In this document: positions 10,245-19,516 of the stretch, piece by piece
Layout of the letters: each line of letters starts with the position of its first letter
How positions within the stretch are numbered: the stretch's first letter is position 1
Assembly: GCA_963733055.1 (NCBI GenBank)
Contig: CAVTBR010000003.1
Coordinates: 192,001 to 256,000, forward strand
Source: Candidatus Bathyarchaeota archaeon
Lineage (GTDB): Archaea > Thermoproteota > Bathyarchaeia > 40CM-2-53-6
Length of the DNA stretch: 64,000 bases
Reading direction: 5' to 3'
Position numbers and translations under genes: made by a program
The notes under the pieces: generated by a model
The model's input: only the letters and a program-made list of their open reading frames with translations
The model's database searches: none
What the model was told of the DNA's origin: nothing

Positions 10245-10670
10245 ATGATACACGTGAACATATTCGTTACCAGCATGTCAGCCGAGCGGTTCTGGGATAT
10301 TGATCGCGCAATGCCGCCCCAGGTCCAAATTGGGGTGAACATAAACATGCTCGACATCGATCAACGATCCGATGGAACCTTGGACGCGCCTTTCGTTTTC
10401 ACGGTAAACTTCACGCCATCGATTGCTCAGATCAGCATTAAGGGCAAGGCGAAAATTTCAGGCGACGCTGAGGATACCAAGAAAATATTTGAGGAACACA
10501 AGGCGCAGAAGGCGCCGCCAGTTCAACTCGTACAGGCAGTGTCAAATGCAGCAATGGCCGACGCGATATTGATTTCCAGGAGCCTTAACGTTCCGCCACC
10601 GCTCCCGCCGATTCCCCAACAGCAACAGCCCACTCAACCGAGGAGGCCTGATTCACGGTATACTGCGTAG
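10245..10670 (+). CDS. Conserved archaeal hypothetical protein, possible SecB-like fold
   Basis: Beta-rich N-half, F.F.VNFTP..A.I.IKG, C-terminal helix then PPPLPP. Confidence 0.55.
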   Translation: MIHVNIFVTSMSAERFWDIDRAMPPQVQIGVNINMLDIDQRSDGTLDAPFVFTVNFTPSIAQISIKGKAKISGDAEDTKKIFEEHKAQKAPPVQLVQAVSNAAMADAILISRSLNVPPPLPPIPQQQQPTQPRRPDSRYTA

Positions 10671-10715
10671 GGTCCAAAAAAGTGGAGAGTTGCTGATACT
10701 CCAATAAATTGGATG

Positions 10716-11174
10716 TCAGCTAGCTTGCTTCGCGACGAGGTAGTTGTCCCAATAGGATGCGAGGTCACGTAGCCTATTTGCGAACTGCACGCTCAACTTT
10801 GTGGGTTCGTTTCGGTACTTCTTCTCCAGTAACCCGCTTCGAAGCATGGCTTTGTAGGTATCGCTTAACGTTTGGGCGCTCACCTTGATTCTCTCAACGA
10901 CTTTGAAGTGTAGGTCTCTGAGGTACATGGGTCTCTTTTCCTCGACAAGAATTTGGATTATTGCTTTCGCGACTCCTTGTTTCTTTATGCTGTGTGGAAA
11001 GAGGATTGTGCAGAAAATGTCTAGATCTACGATCTGGTTCAGTGTCGAGTGCTTGTCGATCTTGGGAAAAACCCACACCCATCTCCTCTGTCGTTCGGCG
11101 TAGTAATCTTCTCGTGGAATTCGTCCTATTCTTGGGCGTTCGAGTACAGTCAATGACCTAGGTCTGTTTGCCAT
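10716..11174 (-). CDS. Winged-helix domain protein
   Basis: Helix pattern ending TL..TY..M.RSGLLEK plus wing, then C-terminal helix. Confidence 0.55.
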   Translation of the reverse strand: MANRPRSLTVLERPRIGRIPREDYYAERQRRWVWVFPKIDKHSTLNQIVDLDIFCTILFPHSIKKQGVAKAIIQILVEEKRPMYLRDLHFKVVERIKVSAQTLSDTYKAMLRSGLLEKKYRNEPTKLSVQFANRLRDLASYWDNYLVAKQAS

Positions 11175-11546
11175 TTCGATTTCACAACCGAAGAAGCCTC
11201 GGAAGAAGAAAGCAGTTCAGCACACAAAGTCCGACAGAATCCAAGGACCCGATCTTAGGTATTTGCTGAAAACAATTCAATTCTGATACATATCGGGAAA
11301 CAGTGAATTCACACTTAGTTCCCCAATCTCTGATGTATCTAAGAATTGACGTGCCGCTGCGGTAAAGGGGCCCCATCTCCCATCAAAGAAGAAACGCGAG
11401 GCGTGAATTCTATAGTACATCAGAATAGGGCTGTTTTTCGCATTCCCATTTCATAACTTTCGGCCGCTGGACCCCTAGGCTTCCGGTGTAGAAATCATCA
11501 TCCAGGACACTGTCGGAACCGTCAATCGTTCCGCACAACTACCGAG

Positions 11547-12299
11547 TTAATCGAGTCGGCCGGCGTACACTTCGGTCTCATATTGGAAAGTAACGGATCC
11601 ATCGACCTGATGCTTGTTGAAAAGTGCGGATATTCTCGTCATCATCTCTTCGAATATCGGTTGCCCAGGCAGCGAGGCGTATGAGGCTGACATCAACCTA
11701 CCAATCAGCCCGTCGTAATCGAGTTTCTGAGAATTGGTTAACTTAACCGTCCTGTAGTCTCCAAGAAAACTCCTGATCGTCGCCTCGGTCACATCATCGC
11801 CGAGTACTCTTTTCCCCTCGGAAACCCAGTTGACCAATTCATCATAGCCTTGAAGGAACGGTGTGGAAGCTTTGCGGATGTTCCAAACCAAAACGACCCA
11901 TCCTGGATCTCGTAGAATCCGACTGAACTCTGCCCTAGTCTTTTCTGGATTGAACCAGTGAAAGGACTGGGCTGCCGCAACGAAGTCTACGCTTCTGCTT
12001 TCAAGCGTAGTTGACTCAGCCGAACCTGTAATGCTTGTGAAGTTCTTGTATTTCGCCAGGTTTGCTTCGGCGGTTCGACGCATGTCCTCGTTTGGTTCTA
12101 CTCCAAATACTCTATTCCCGTTCTTCAGCAGGAGTTCAGATAGAATGCCCGTTCCGGAGCCGACATCTGCGACAATAGAAGCCCGGGAGAAATGTAGCTC
12201 ACGTTCTAAGTAGCGAAGGAGTGATTCGGGGTAACTTGGACGGTAGCGCGAATAGTATCCCGCACGCTTCGAGAACTTGTCCTTTGGATCTACTTCCAA
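11547..12299 (-). CDS. Class I SAM-dependent methyltransferase
   Basis: YRPSYP, ADVGSGTG, AAQSFHWF. Confidence 0.92.
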   Translation of the reverse strand: MEVDPKDKFSKRAGYYSRYRPSYPESLLRYLERELHFSRASIVADVGSGTGILSELLLKNGNRVFGVEPNEDMRRTAEANLAKYKNFTSITGSAESTTLESRSVDFVAAAQSFHWFNPEKTRAEFSRILRDPGWVVLVWNIRKASTPFLQGYDELVNWVSEGKRVLGDDVTEATIRSFLGDYRTVKLTNSQKLDYDGLIGRLMSASYASLPGQPIFEEMMTRISALFNKHQVDGSVTFQYETEVYAGRLD

Positions 12300-12328
12300 T
12301 CAGGATCACTAGCGAAGGCATTCGTGAC

Positions 12329-12763
12329 CTACATGTCCAAGAGGAACAGTCCACTCCCGGCATCAAGTTTCCTGGATAAAGTCATACCGTCGTAAACAAG
12401 CATACTCACTTTAAAGGTTGCGCTCACAATACAGCCCTCCATCAGATGCCCACCGTACGCGTTCCCTTCCTTGTCGGCGGTCACAATGTGGGCGTGAATG
12501 TACGGCTTACCGTCTTTCAGGCTGACGTTTCCCACGCACGATGCAACCTCCATTGGGCCCCGAGAAGAAACCGCAGAGTACACACCATTTCCAGAGAAAA
12601 AACCCACTGTCGCCCTTTCTAGAGCCCCCAGAGCAGTAAAACTCCCGGCGGTTATTCCGTTTTCACGCACGAGCTGATTCAAGCGAACCAAAACATCTTC
12701 TCCCGTACGAAACCGTTCAACCATCACCCTGACAAGCTTTCCCACTTCATCCCATTCAACCAA
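12329..12763 (-). CDS. PPC/DUF296 domain protein
   Basis: GNVS..DG.PYIHAH, GGHL. Confidence 0.9.
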   Translation of the reverse strand: MVEWDEVGKLVRVMVERFRTGEDVLVRLNQLVRENGITAGSFTALGALERATVGFFSGNGVYSAVSSRGPMEVASCVGNVSLKDGKPYIHAHIVTADKEGNAYGGHLMEGCIVSATFKVSMLVYDGMTLSRKLDAGSGLFLLDM

Positions 12764-12914
12764 TTCGGCCGAACGCGCCTCCAGATATTAACCCCAACGC
12801 AGAAGCCGCTCGACTCTACCCCTTTTGTCTGGTTGATCCAATAAATCGAAGCGTGAAGTACCGTGTGAAATCGAGCAAAGACTTGGATTCGTCACATGTT
12901 TTCTAGGACGGAAA

Positions 12915-12950
12915 TTCGGGTTCAAATGGAACCGGATTTTCCGACGGAAT
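12915..12950 (+). repeat. Bipartite 13-N10-13 motif, copy 2
   Basis: TTCGGGTTCAAAT-N10-TTTCCGACGGAAT. Confidence 0.75.
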
Positions 12951-13333
12951 CGCAAAATCATCGTCTTCGTCGCCGCGAGAAAAATGAGTGAAAAGAAAGA
13001 AAAGGAGGAAAATAGAAAAAAGCGCGAAAACGGCCGGCTGAGGCAAACAGGGCGACCCACTGGACGAGAGGGGTGAGTGGAGGGAACGACGGTTTGGATC
13101 ATGAACCGTTCGGCGCGAGGGTGGCGGACAGGCAGGACTGAGGGTTATGGTGTACTTTCGGTGCACCGTCCCGCACCGTGAGAACCGTCAAATGACTTGG
13201 TTGAGACGTGAAAGTGAGTGCCAGAAGGGAATATTACGTGCGTCTTTCAATAGCGTCGAGAGGAACCCTAACCCAAAGCAGAGCCACTGGTCCCACCGAA
13301 AACTCTGAGTCCAATAATTAGGAGGTCAATCTC

Positions 13334-13705
13334 TTGGAGAAAACTAGCAGGTGTGTCATCTGTGGCCAACAGATGGCATACATCTTCGGCCGGCCCCGAA
13401 AACTGTGCGGCAACAAATCCTGCTACCTAGAGTGGAAGAGGAGAAGATACACAAATCTCCAGGTGATCGCAAGAAGTCGACGACTCTCCGCCGCCGACTT
13501 CGAGTATGCGGAACCGATCTGCACCTGCGGTAGCGACAAGTTCGCCTGGACTATGGACGGAGTATTCTGCTTGGAATGTGGCCTACAAGAGCCCTTATTT
13601 TCGCTAGAAACCTGGGTACCCGCCGAATTTGCGCCCAAGCCGATCTGTACCTGCACCCAGATTTGTAAACAAACCCCAGCATACAGACTATGGGCGTACG
13701 TCTGA
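13334..13705 (+). CDS. Cys-rich multi-zinc-finger protein
   Basis: CxxC...C.xxxC, CxC...CxxCG, CxCxxxC; GGAGGT RBS at about 13321 before TTG start. Confidence 0.6.
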   Translation: MEKTSRCVICGQQMAYIFGRPRKLCGNKSCYLEWKRRRYTNLQVIARSRRLSAADFEYAEPICTCGSDKFAWTMDGVFCLECGLQEPLFSLETWVPAEFAPKPICTCTQICKQTPAYRLWAYV

Positions 13706-13845
13706 TCTCGACTTTCTGCCCACTCAAATGCGTATTATATGAAGTTCTGGGGCAGTTTTGTGCGGGAGGCAACTCCCTAACCTACGACCATCTGTTCAAA
13801 ATGGTTTGAACTCAACCCGGACCGTCCAATCATGGGATGACCGAA

Positions 13846-14382
13846 TCAGTCACTTTTCCATTTTATAGTGCAACCGACAGGTTGAGTTTCAGGACGGGGC
13901 GGATTGGTTCCGCCCGAAAGCGCGTCCAGTGCATTGCGAAGGTGGTGCAGCTTCACTGCGTCCGGATCGTCGTAATTATCGTCGATCGCCCCATGGTAAC
14001 GCAGGATGAAATCGCGGTCGAAGACGAATACCTCGGGAGTACGTTGAGCCCCGTACAATCGAGCAATTTTCTGGTCTTCGTCTCGAAGGTATGGAAAGTT
14101 GAATTGCTTCTCCTTAGCTCTCAACTTCATGTTTTCGAAATTGTCTTCGGGGTATTGCGTTGCATCGTTGGAATTTATCGCGAGTAGTTGTACTCCCCTA
14201 TCGGCATATGCAGTCTGAATCGCAACCATGCGGTCCTCCCAAGCACGAACGTACGGGCAATGGTTACAACTGAAGATCGCAACCGTGAGCTTGCCTCGGT
14301 GATCATTTAGAGAATGCCTTAACCCATCGGTTCCATTTAATGAGAAATCGATCGCCTTATCGCCGATCTTCAACTTTGCCAT
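13846..14382 (-). CDS. Thioredoxin-like/AhpC-TSA family protein
   Basis: CNHCPYV, AINSND, RTPEVF, Y.GAIDD, GCTIKW; start placed at MAKLKIG. Confidence 0.9.
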   Translation of the reverse strand: MAKLKIGDKAIDFSLNGTDGLRHSLNDHRGKLTVAIFSCNHCPYVRAWEDRMVAIQTAYADRGVQLLAINSNDATQYPEDNFENMKLRAKEKQFNFPYLRDEDQKIARLYGAQRTPEVFVFDRDFILRYHGAIDDNYDDPDAVKLHHLRNALDALSGGTNPPRPETQPVGCTIKWKSD

Positions 14383-14417
14383 GTCAAGCCCAGCTCGCAC
14401 GATAAAGCTTGAGAGTC

Positions 14418-14738
14418 TTAAGATTCGCTCTTGAGTGCTGCTCGAATCATGGACTCTGAAGGTAAAGGCGAGATACGTCCGTTCTCTAAGTGGTAAGCCC
14501 TGCACGAGAGTGAAAAATGGGCTGTCTTTGGAGGTTGTATATCCTTCCCGTCAACCCGTATCGTTGGCGAGCCCGCGAATTGGAGCCGTTTCGCTTGGTC
14601 CTCGGATTGTACGTTTATGGTTTCAATTTCTGCGTCGACTCGCTCCTCGGCAAGAATTTTCCTCAGACGGCTGAAAGCTTCGTCATGGGACTCGCAGCCC
14701 TCCCAGTACAGAAACGTAATTCGCCTTCTGATCTCCAA
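14418..14738 (-). CDS. Small thioredoxin-fold protein (DF-family-like, Cys form)
   Basis: LYWEGCESH, FAGSPTIRVDGKD, LSCRAY. Confidence 0.7.
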   Translation of the reverse strand: MEIRRRITFLYWEGCESHDEAFSRLRKILAEERVDAEIETINVQSEDQAKRLQFAGSPTIRVDGKDIQPPKTAHFSLSCRAYHLENGRISPLPSESMIRAALKSES

Positions 14739-14834
14739 AGGAACCGCCTGGACACATTCCACATGAAGCTTACGAAGTTTAAACATTCACGACCGGACAC
14801 CCGGTTGGAGCACGTTTCGACTCGACTCGCAAAG

Positions 14835-15350
14835 TCAATGCTTGATCGAGTGGACTAGTCTACCCTCTCTGTCGATCTTGCCGCGCCTTATTCGGGTGGA
14901 GGAAATCGGCCTTTTGTCGTCGGCGAGGAGGAGATCTATGGGGTCTATGGTGAGGGGTTTCAGACCGTTAGCCTTTCTCTTCTTATTGATCTCATGTGCG
15001 GTTTTGATGGTCCGCCTGCTGACGACCAGCGCGTCGATCCCCGAGACTTTGACGGTCGGCCCGTAGCGGTCGCGTAGAGGAACAATCCGAACTCGGGATA
15101 ATACTCCCCAAGCCGCTAGAAGCCGCTCCAAGTCCTTCTTTCTCTTCTTGTACGGGTCGACCTTGTGCGGCTTATGCAAAGTCCTTGCGAAGTCATCGCT
15201 AGTAATTCCAATCATAACCTTACGACCCACGGTGAAAGCTTGTCTCAACAATTTCCTATGCCCACGGTGCAAGGAATCGAAGGTCCCACCCATCGCGACG
15301 ATTCGATACATCTTGTGGGACCGTGCCATAGTTCTTTCTGGCCTCTTCAA
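14835..15350 (-). CDS. coaD: Archaeal phosphopantetheine adenylyltransferase
   Basis: GGTFDSLHRGH, IN..R...GL.PL, ISSTRIRRG.ID. Confidence 0.88.
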   Translation of the reverse strand: MKRPERTMARSHKMYRIVAMGGTFDSLHRGHRKLLRQAFTVGRKVMIGITSDDFARTLHKPHKVDPYKKRKKDLERLLAAWGVLSRVRIVPLRDRYGPTVKVSGIDALVVSRRTIKTAHEINKKRKANGLKPLTIDPIDLLLADDKRPISSTRIRRGKIDREGRLVHSIKH

Positions 15351-15414
15351 ATCACATTGGTGCGCCCTCGGGGGGGCATGGCACGTTTGGGCATTGGAGA
15401 TTTAGTGCTTTGCT

Positions 15415-16344
15415 TCACTTACCAAGGAGTCGAACGCCCTGGTTGTCGATTGGGGTTGCAAAGACCTTCGCCGAGGGAAACGCTTTCCTCAGGGCCTTTA
15501 CAATTCTTCCCACTTTTCGATTATTCGCTACTCCGTGAACTGCTTCCCCAATCATGTTCTGCGTAGCCCCTACGGCTCCAGAAGCAATCATTGTTGAGAT
15601 CAGGCGTGTAACGACGGGTGTCTCAAAGCCTGCCTCCCGGCTGAACAGCCTCGTTTCTGTGAGAAAAACGGAAAGGGTCGGGTTCTTTCGAATTGCGTCC
15701 ATGGTACGTTTCGCCGGAGCATTCAACCTCGCCACGTAGTCCATGACGAGGGTTTCGCGCTTCGAGATCGGGCCCACGTAGGCACAGATTATTGAATGAT
15801 TTCTTGGAAAGAGCAATCTATCGACAAAACCTATCCCCGGCGCACCCGGTTCTGTGACCAAGACGAACCCTCCTGTGAGCAATGCAGCAGCTGTTCCAAG
15901 CCCTGTTCGATTTACCACCTCCGCTACGTGTGTTATTCTGCCGAGTTCGTTGATGGTAACTGGTAGGTCGGCGGCGTCAGAGACGGCGAGGCATGAAGCT
16001 AGAGATCCGGCGGCGCTTGTACCGAACCCGGCACCAATCGGGCATGCGACCTTCAAGTCGATAGCAACCTCCAGAGTCATCCCTTGCGTCTTCAGAAGAT
16101 GTTCGATCGCCAACCGGGTTGTGTGCGCTTCTGGTGCGGGCTTCGAGTTGATCTTGATCCTGACCTTCGTCTCGGCGCTTTTCTTGACTATGGCGCGTGA
16201 AATGGCACCTCGGGGAATAGCGAACCCACCGCCACGCGCACCGATCCTGGCTGGATCAGCTATTGGATTTCCGGATGAGTCTAGGTTGCAAACTTCGAAG
16301 AAGCTAGAGATTCCAGCCGGGCAGAATGCTTCCGAAACCCGCAA
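15415..16344 (-). CDS. Pantoate kinase (GHMP family)
   Basis: AF.P..IS.FF, PIGAGFGTSAA, HVAEV..RTGLG, QNMIGE; adjacent to coaD. Confidence 0.85.
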   Translation of the reverse strand: MRVSEAFCPAGISSFFEVCNLDSSGNPIADPARIGARGGGFAIPRGAISRAIVKKSAETKVRIKINSKPAPEAHTTRLAIEHLLKTQGMTLEVAIDLKVACPIGAGFGTSAAGSLASCLAVSDAADLPVTINELGRITHVAEVVNRTGLGTAAALLTGGFVLVTEPGAPGIGFVDRLLFPRNHSIICAYVGPISKRETLVMDYVARLNAPAKRTMDAIRKNPTLSVFLTETRLFSREAGFETPVVTRLISTMIASGAVGATQNMIGEAVHGVANNRKVGRIVKALRKAFPSAKVFATPIDNQGVRLLGK

Positions 16345-16361
16345 CGGTCTCGCCGGCTGCG

Positions 16362-17141
16362 CTACTTTTTCTGGGTTCCTCGCTCAATTGCGCGGAGGCT
16401 CGGAAAGGCTGCTCGACACGCAGCGGCGACTGGTGGAGTCAATATGACCATGAACGGAATCTCGGTGAAATAGCTGGAAGCCGTGACAAGGAGAACAAAT
16501 GCGCCTCCCAGAGGCTTGGTGCCAAGACCGACGGCTACGGGAAGACCGAAGATTACGCTGTAGACCACAATCCCCACACCAATTATTGCCGTGCCAATAG
16601 CTAGGCCGATTGAAGCTGCAACCTCAAAATCTGCCCACTTGTTCCGGACGACTATGAGGAAGATGACAGCGAGAACGACAACTAGTCCGGCAAACCCTAA
16701 GTACGAAGTCGGGGACCCAATCGTGGCGGCTCCGAAAAGAAAGTACAATCCCAGAACCAAGGCTACGGCAAATAGTGGTTGAATCACCAAGCTCAAGGAA
16801 ACCAAACTGCGTCTGGCTACTCCCTTCCATTCATGGTTTGTGAGCCACCCTATTACGAAGAATCCAACGAAATTGGACGGCACACCAACCAGGAGACTTA
16901 GAAGCGCGTCATGATGTCCGTAGATCACGTCGGCGAGAAATATCCCAATTGCCGCTCCTATCCCTCCAACCCACGGCCCAAACAATATGGCGAAAGCGGC
17001 AGGCGCGAACACTTGTGGCCAAAACCTAACCCCGAAGATCATTAACGGAAAAACTGTCCACAAGGCGCCTATACCAGCGTACAAAGCCGCGTTTACAGCC
17101 GTCAGCGTCAATTGAAGTGAGAGGGATCCCGATCGTTTCAA
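16362..17141 (-). CDS. ECF transporter S-component (QueT-like), possibly for a CoA precursor
   Basis: AALYA, GVRFWP, LFGP..GG.GAAIG.F..D; multi-TM; co-oriented with PoK and coaD. Confidence 0.7.
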   Translation of the reverse strand: MKRSGSLSLQLTLTAVNAALYAGIGALWTVFPLMIFGVRFWPQVFAPAAFAILFGPWVGGIGAAIGIFLADVIYGHHDALLSLLVGVPSNFVGFFVIGWLTNHEWKGVARRSLVSLSLVIQPLFAVALVLGLYFLFGAATIGSPTSYLGFAGLVVVLAVIFLIVVRNKWADFEVAASIGLAIGTAIIGVGIVVYSVIFGLPVAVGLGTKPLGGAFVLLVTASSYFTEIPFMVILTPPVAAACRAAFPSLRAIERGTQKK

Positions 17142-17272
17142 CTGTATTCCGTACGAAAGAAACCTTCGATCTATTCTAAGCTTGTCCTGTTCTGTTGAGG
17201 TTTATTCGCAAATAACTCGATTGAGTCCAACGAAATGTTAAGATACCCACCAAAGATTGCCTTGCACACGGT

Positions 17273-17429
17273 AGCCCGGTGGTGTAGTGGTCAAACCACG
17301 CACGTGGGACTATGCATAGCATTGGCGCCAGAAACCTGCCACTAGACGGCTCTGGATCCCCTCACCGAGGAGAAACCTGCCGACGGGAGAGGCCAAGCGC
17401 CCCGAATTCGAATCTCCCCCGGGCTACCA
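17273..17429 (+). tRNA. tRNA-Gln(CUG) with four introns (17295-17313, 17322-17347, 17356-17374, 17390-17406)
   Basis: Acceptor AGCCCGG/CCGGGCT+A+CCA; after splicing gives 76 nt with anticodon stem GCAGG/CCTGC, loop CTCTGGA, T stem GGGAG/CTCCC and TTCGAAT loop. Confidence 0.88.
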
Positions 17430-17584
17430 ATAACCACCGTACGAGAACATCGAACGGAGCTCCTCCGGAAGGGATTGCTTATCTCGGGGATCGTCGGTTG
17501 TCGACTCCCAAATAATGAGAGGGTTGATCAATTGGTTTCTGCTAATTTCACCGGCGGCCAGGAGCAGTCGCCCTAATTCTACCA

Positions 17585-17932
17585 ATGGGTGATCACCTGA
17601 TCTCGCCTGTCTTGACAATTCTTCTGGCACCATCCCTCATGTATAGCGTGTTCGGCCCGGGCGCCGTTGCAGCCGTAGTGTTTTTCGTTGTGCTCGGTGT
17701 ATACCAACTCTTGTGGATTGGCATCCTCCTGAAATCCAACAACATATTTTTGCTGGCCATGGGAATCCCAGGAAATCTAGTCTCAATAGTCATCTACTTC
17801 GTGTCCCTGGGCGGAGTTACGATTTTTGGTGTCCCACCGCAGAACGGCGGAATTTTCGCGCTCCTCATCAAGGCGCTGGAGGTTATCTACGTAGTCACAT
17901 GCGTTTACTTGCTAAAGGCTAAACTTCGGTAG
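17585..17932 (+). CDS. Small membrane protein; 5' end uncertain
   Basis: 3-4 hydrophobic helices. Confidence 0.55.
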   Translation: MGDHLISPVLTILLAPSLMYSVFGPGAVAAVVFFVVLGVYQLLWIGILLKSNNIFLLAMGIPGNLVSIVIYFVSLGGVTIFGVPPQNGGIFALLIKALEVIYVVTCVYLLKAKLR

Positions 17933-18142
17933 ACCTTTCCGGATGCGCAAAAGACGCTTATCCTTCCGCGTACGTGGCAGAATTTGTTCACGAGCCTGAA
18001 CTATACCCTGAAGACGGAAGACCAATATTTCCTCGTTCATTTAATTGAGCAAGGGTTACTGGCTGGAATGGAAATAGGTCGCAAGCGAAGCCTCGATAGG
18101 ATCACTTAAGCGTAGCAAAGGGTTCGGAATACGTGAAAAAAT

Positions 18143-18505
18143 ATGCGCAAGGAAAAGTTCAGGACGATAGACGATTACATCAAAGCCTCGCCGAAGGAAG
18201 TTCAGAGCACTCTAGAAAGAATAAGGCAGACAATACGCAAAGCGGCACCAGATGCTGTAGAAGCTATTAGCTATCAAATCCCCACATTCAAACTAAACGG
18301 CAACTTGGTATGGTTTGCAGCGTTCAAGAACCATATTGGATTTTACCCAAGGAAGTCCGGCATTGAAGCATTCAAAAAGGAACTATCGTCATATAGAGTC
18401 GCAAAAGGCTCTGTGCAATTCCCGATAGACAAACCTATCCCACACGATTTGGTGAGAAAAATCGTGGTATTTCGAGTGAAGGAAAAACAAAGCAAAAAGA
18501 GATAG
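18143..18505 (+). CDS. DUF1801/YdhG-like protein
   Basis: TIDDYI, ISYQIPTF, FAAFKNHIGFYP, KGSVQFP. Confidence 0.9.
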   Translation: MRKEKFRTIDDYIKASPKEVQSTLERIRQTIRKAAPDAVEAISYQIPTFKLNGNLVWFAAFKNHIGFYPRKSGIEAFKKELSSYRVAKGSVQFPIDKPIPHDLVRKIVVFRVKEKQSKKR

Positions 18506-18659
18506 AAATAGACTTTGTTCACGCTCAACCTGCCCACCAGTCTTACGGCGGGCAGTAGCGTCGAATTGCCAGGAGCATAAGTGCACGATGTGCTTTTGAT
18601 CCTGGACCACGTCCCGATTCTTTGTGTGAATCTGTCATCTTCAATTAGCGGCACGAACT

Positions 18660-19295
18660 GTGACGTGGAAAATGAACCCGGAGACTTTCCTGCAGGGGCT
18701 GATTGCAGGTTACGGTATTGCCATCCCTGTAGGTCCGGTCGGCATCCTGATAGTTGAAGTTGGGATCCGTAGAGGGTTCAGATTTGCTTTCTTTGCCGGC
18801 TTGGGCGCCGCATCAGCGGACCTAATCTACGCGAGTCTGGCCGCTCTGGCGGGCACGTTCCTAGTTGAGTATCTCAAGCCCTTCTCCTTTGTGATTCAAT
18901 ACGTGAGTGGGTCACTGTTGATAACGATCGGAGTGTGGATGTTCTATCAAGAAAGAAGAACGGGCAGAAGCTTACATCGGAGTGATGCTTCGACTGGCTG
19001 TTTGAGAACGTACGTGACGTTTTTCGGGTTGACGCTATTGAATCCGCTAACTGTCACGTACTTCACATCCTTGATCCTGGGATTACGTTTCAGCATCGTA
19101 ACCGCACCGATGGATGTGCTGAGTTTCGTTTTGGGAACCTTCCTCGCCTCGCTTTCCTGGCAAACACTCATCGCGTCAGTTTGTGGGTTTGGTCACAAGC
19201 GCCTCGCGGCGAGAACCCAGGTGGTTACATTCACTCTTGGTAACTGTGTGGTTGTCGCACTGGGCTTAGCGATCCTTCTCGGATTCAAAATATGA
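18660..19295 (+). CDS. LysE/RhtB family exporter
   Basis: IAIPVGPV, GLGAASAD, LTLLNP. Confidence 0.9.
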   Translation: MTWKMNPETFLQGLIAGYGIAIPVGPVGILIVEVGIRRGFRFAFFAGLGAASADLIYASLAALAGTFLVEYLKPFSFVIQYVSGSLLITIGVWMFYQERRTGRSLHRSDASTGCLRTYVTFFGLTLLNPLTVTYFTSLILGLRFSIVTAPMDVLSFVLGTFLASLSWQTLIASVCGFGHKRLAARTQVVTFTLGNCVVVALGLAILLGFKI

Positions 19296-19516
19296 TGGTC
19301 GAGGAGCGAAAAATCGACACCTATCCTAGGATGCCTGAACTTGTACAGCTGCTGGATTTCGTAGGTAACCACGCGCATCAGGCTATGGAGGAGGTGCACT
19401 CAAAGTATTACTTCATAATCCTTAAATGTAATACATGCTCAATTGCTTACATAGCGCAGTTACCCTGCCGGTCCAAGGAATGTCATCCCCCCATCAACCC
19501 GACGCAAGTGCAATGA
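19292..19516 (+). CDS. Small Cys/His-containing hypothetical protein
   Basis: ATGA overlap with lysE; CxxC and CxxxxC. Confidence 0.5.
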   Translation: MMVEERKIDTYPRMPELVQLLDFVGNHAHQAMEEVHSKYYFIILKCNTCSIAYIAQLPCRSKECHPPINPTQVQ

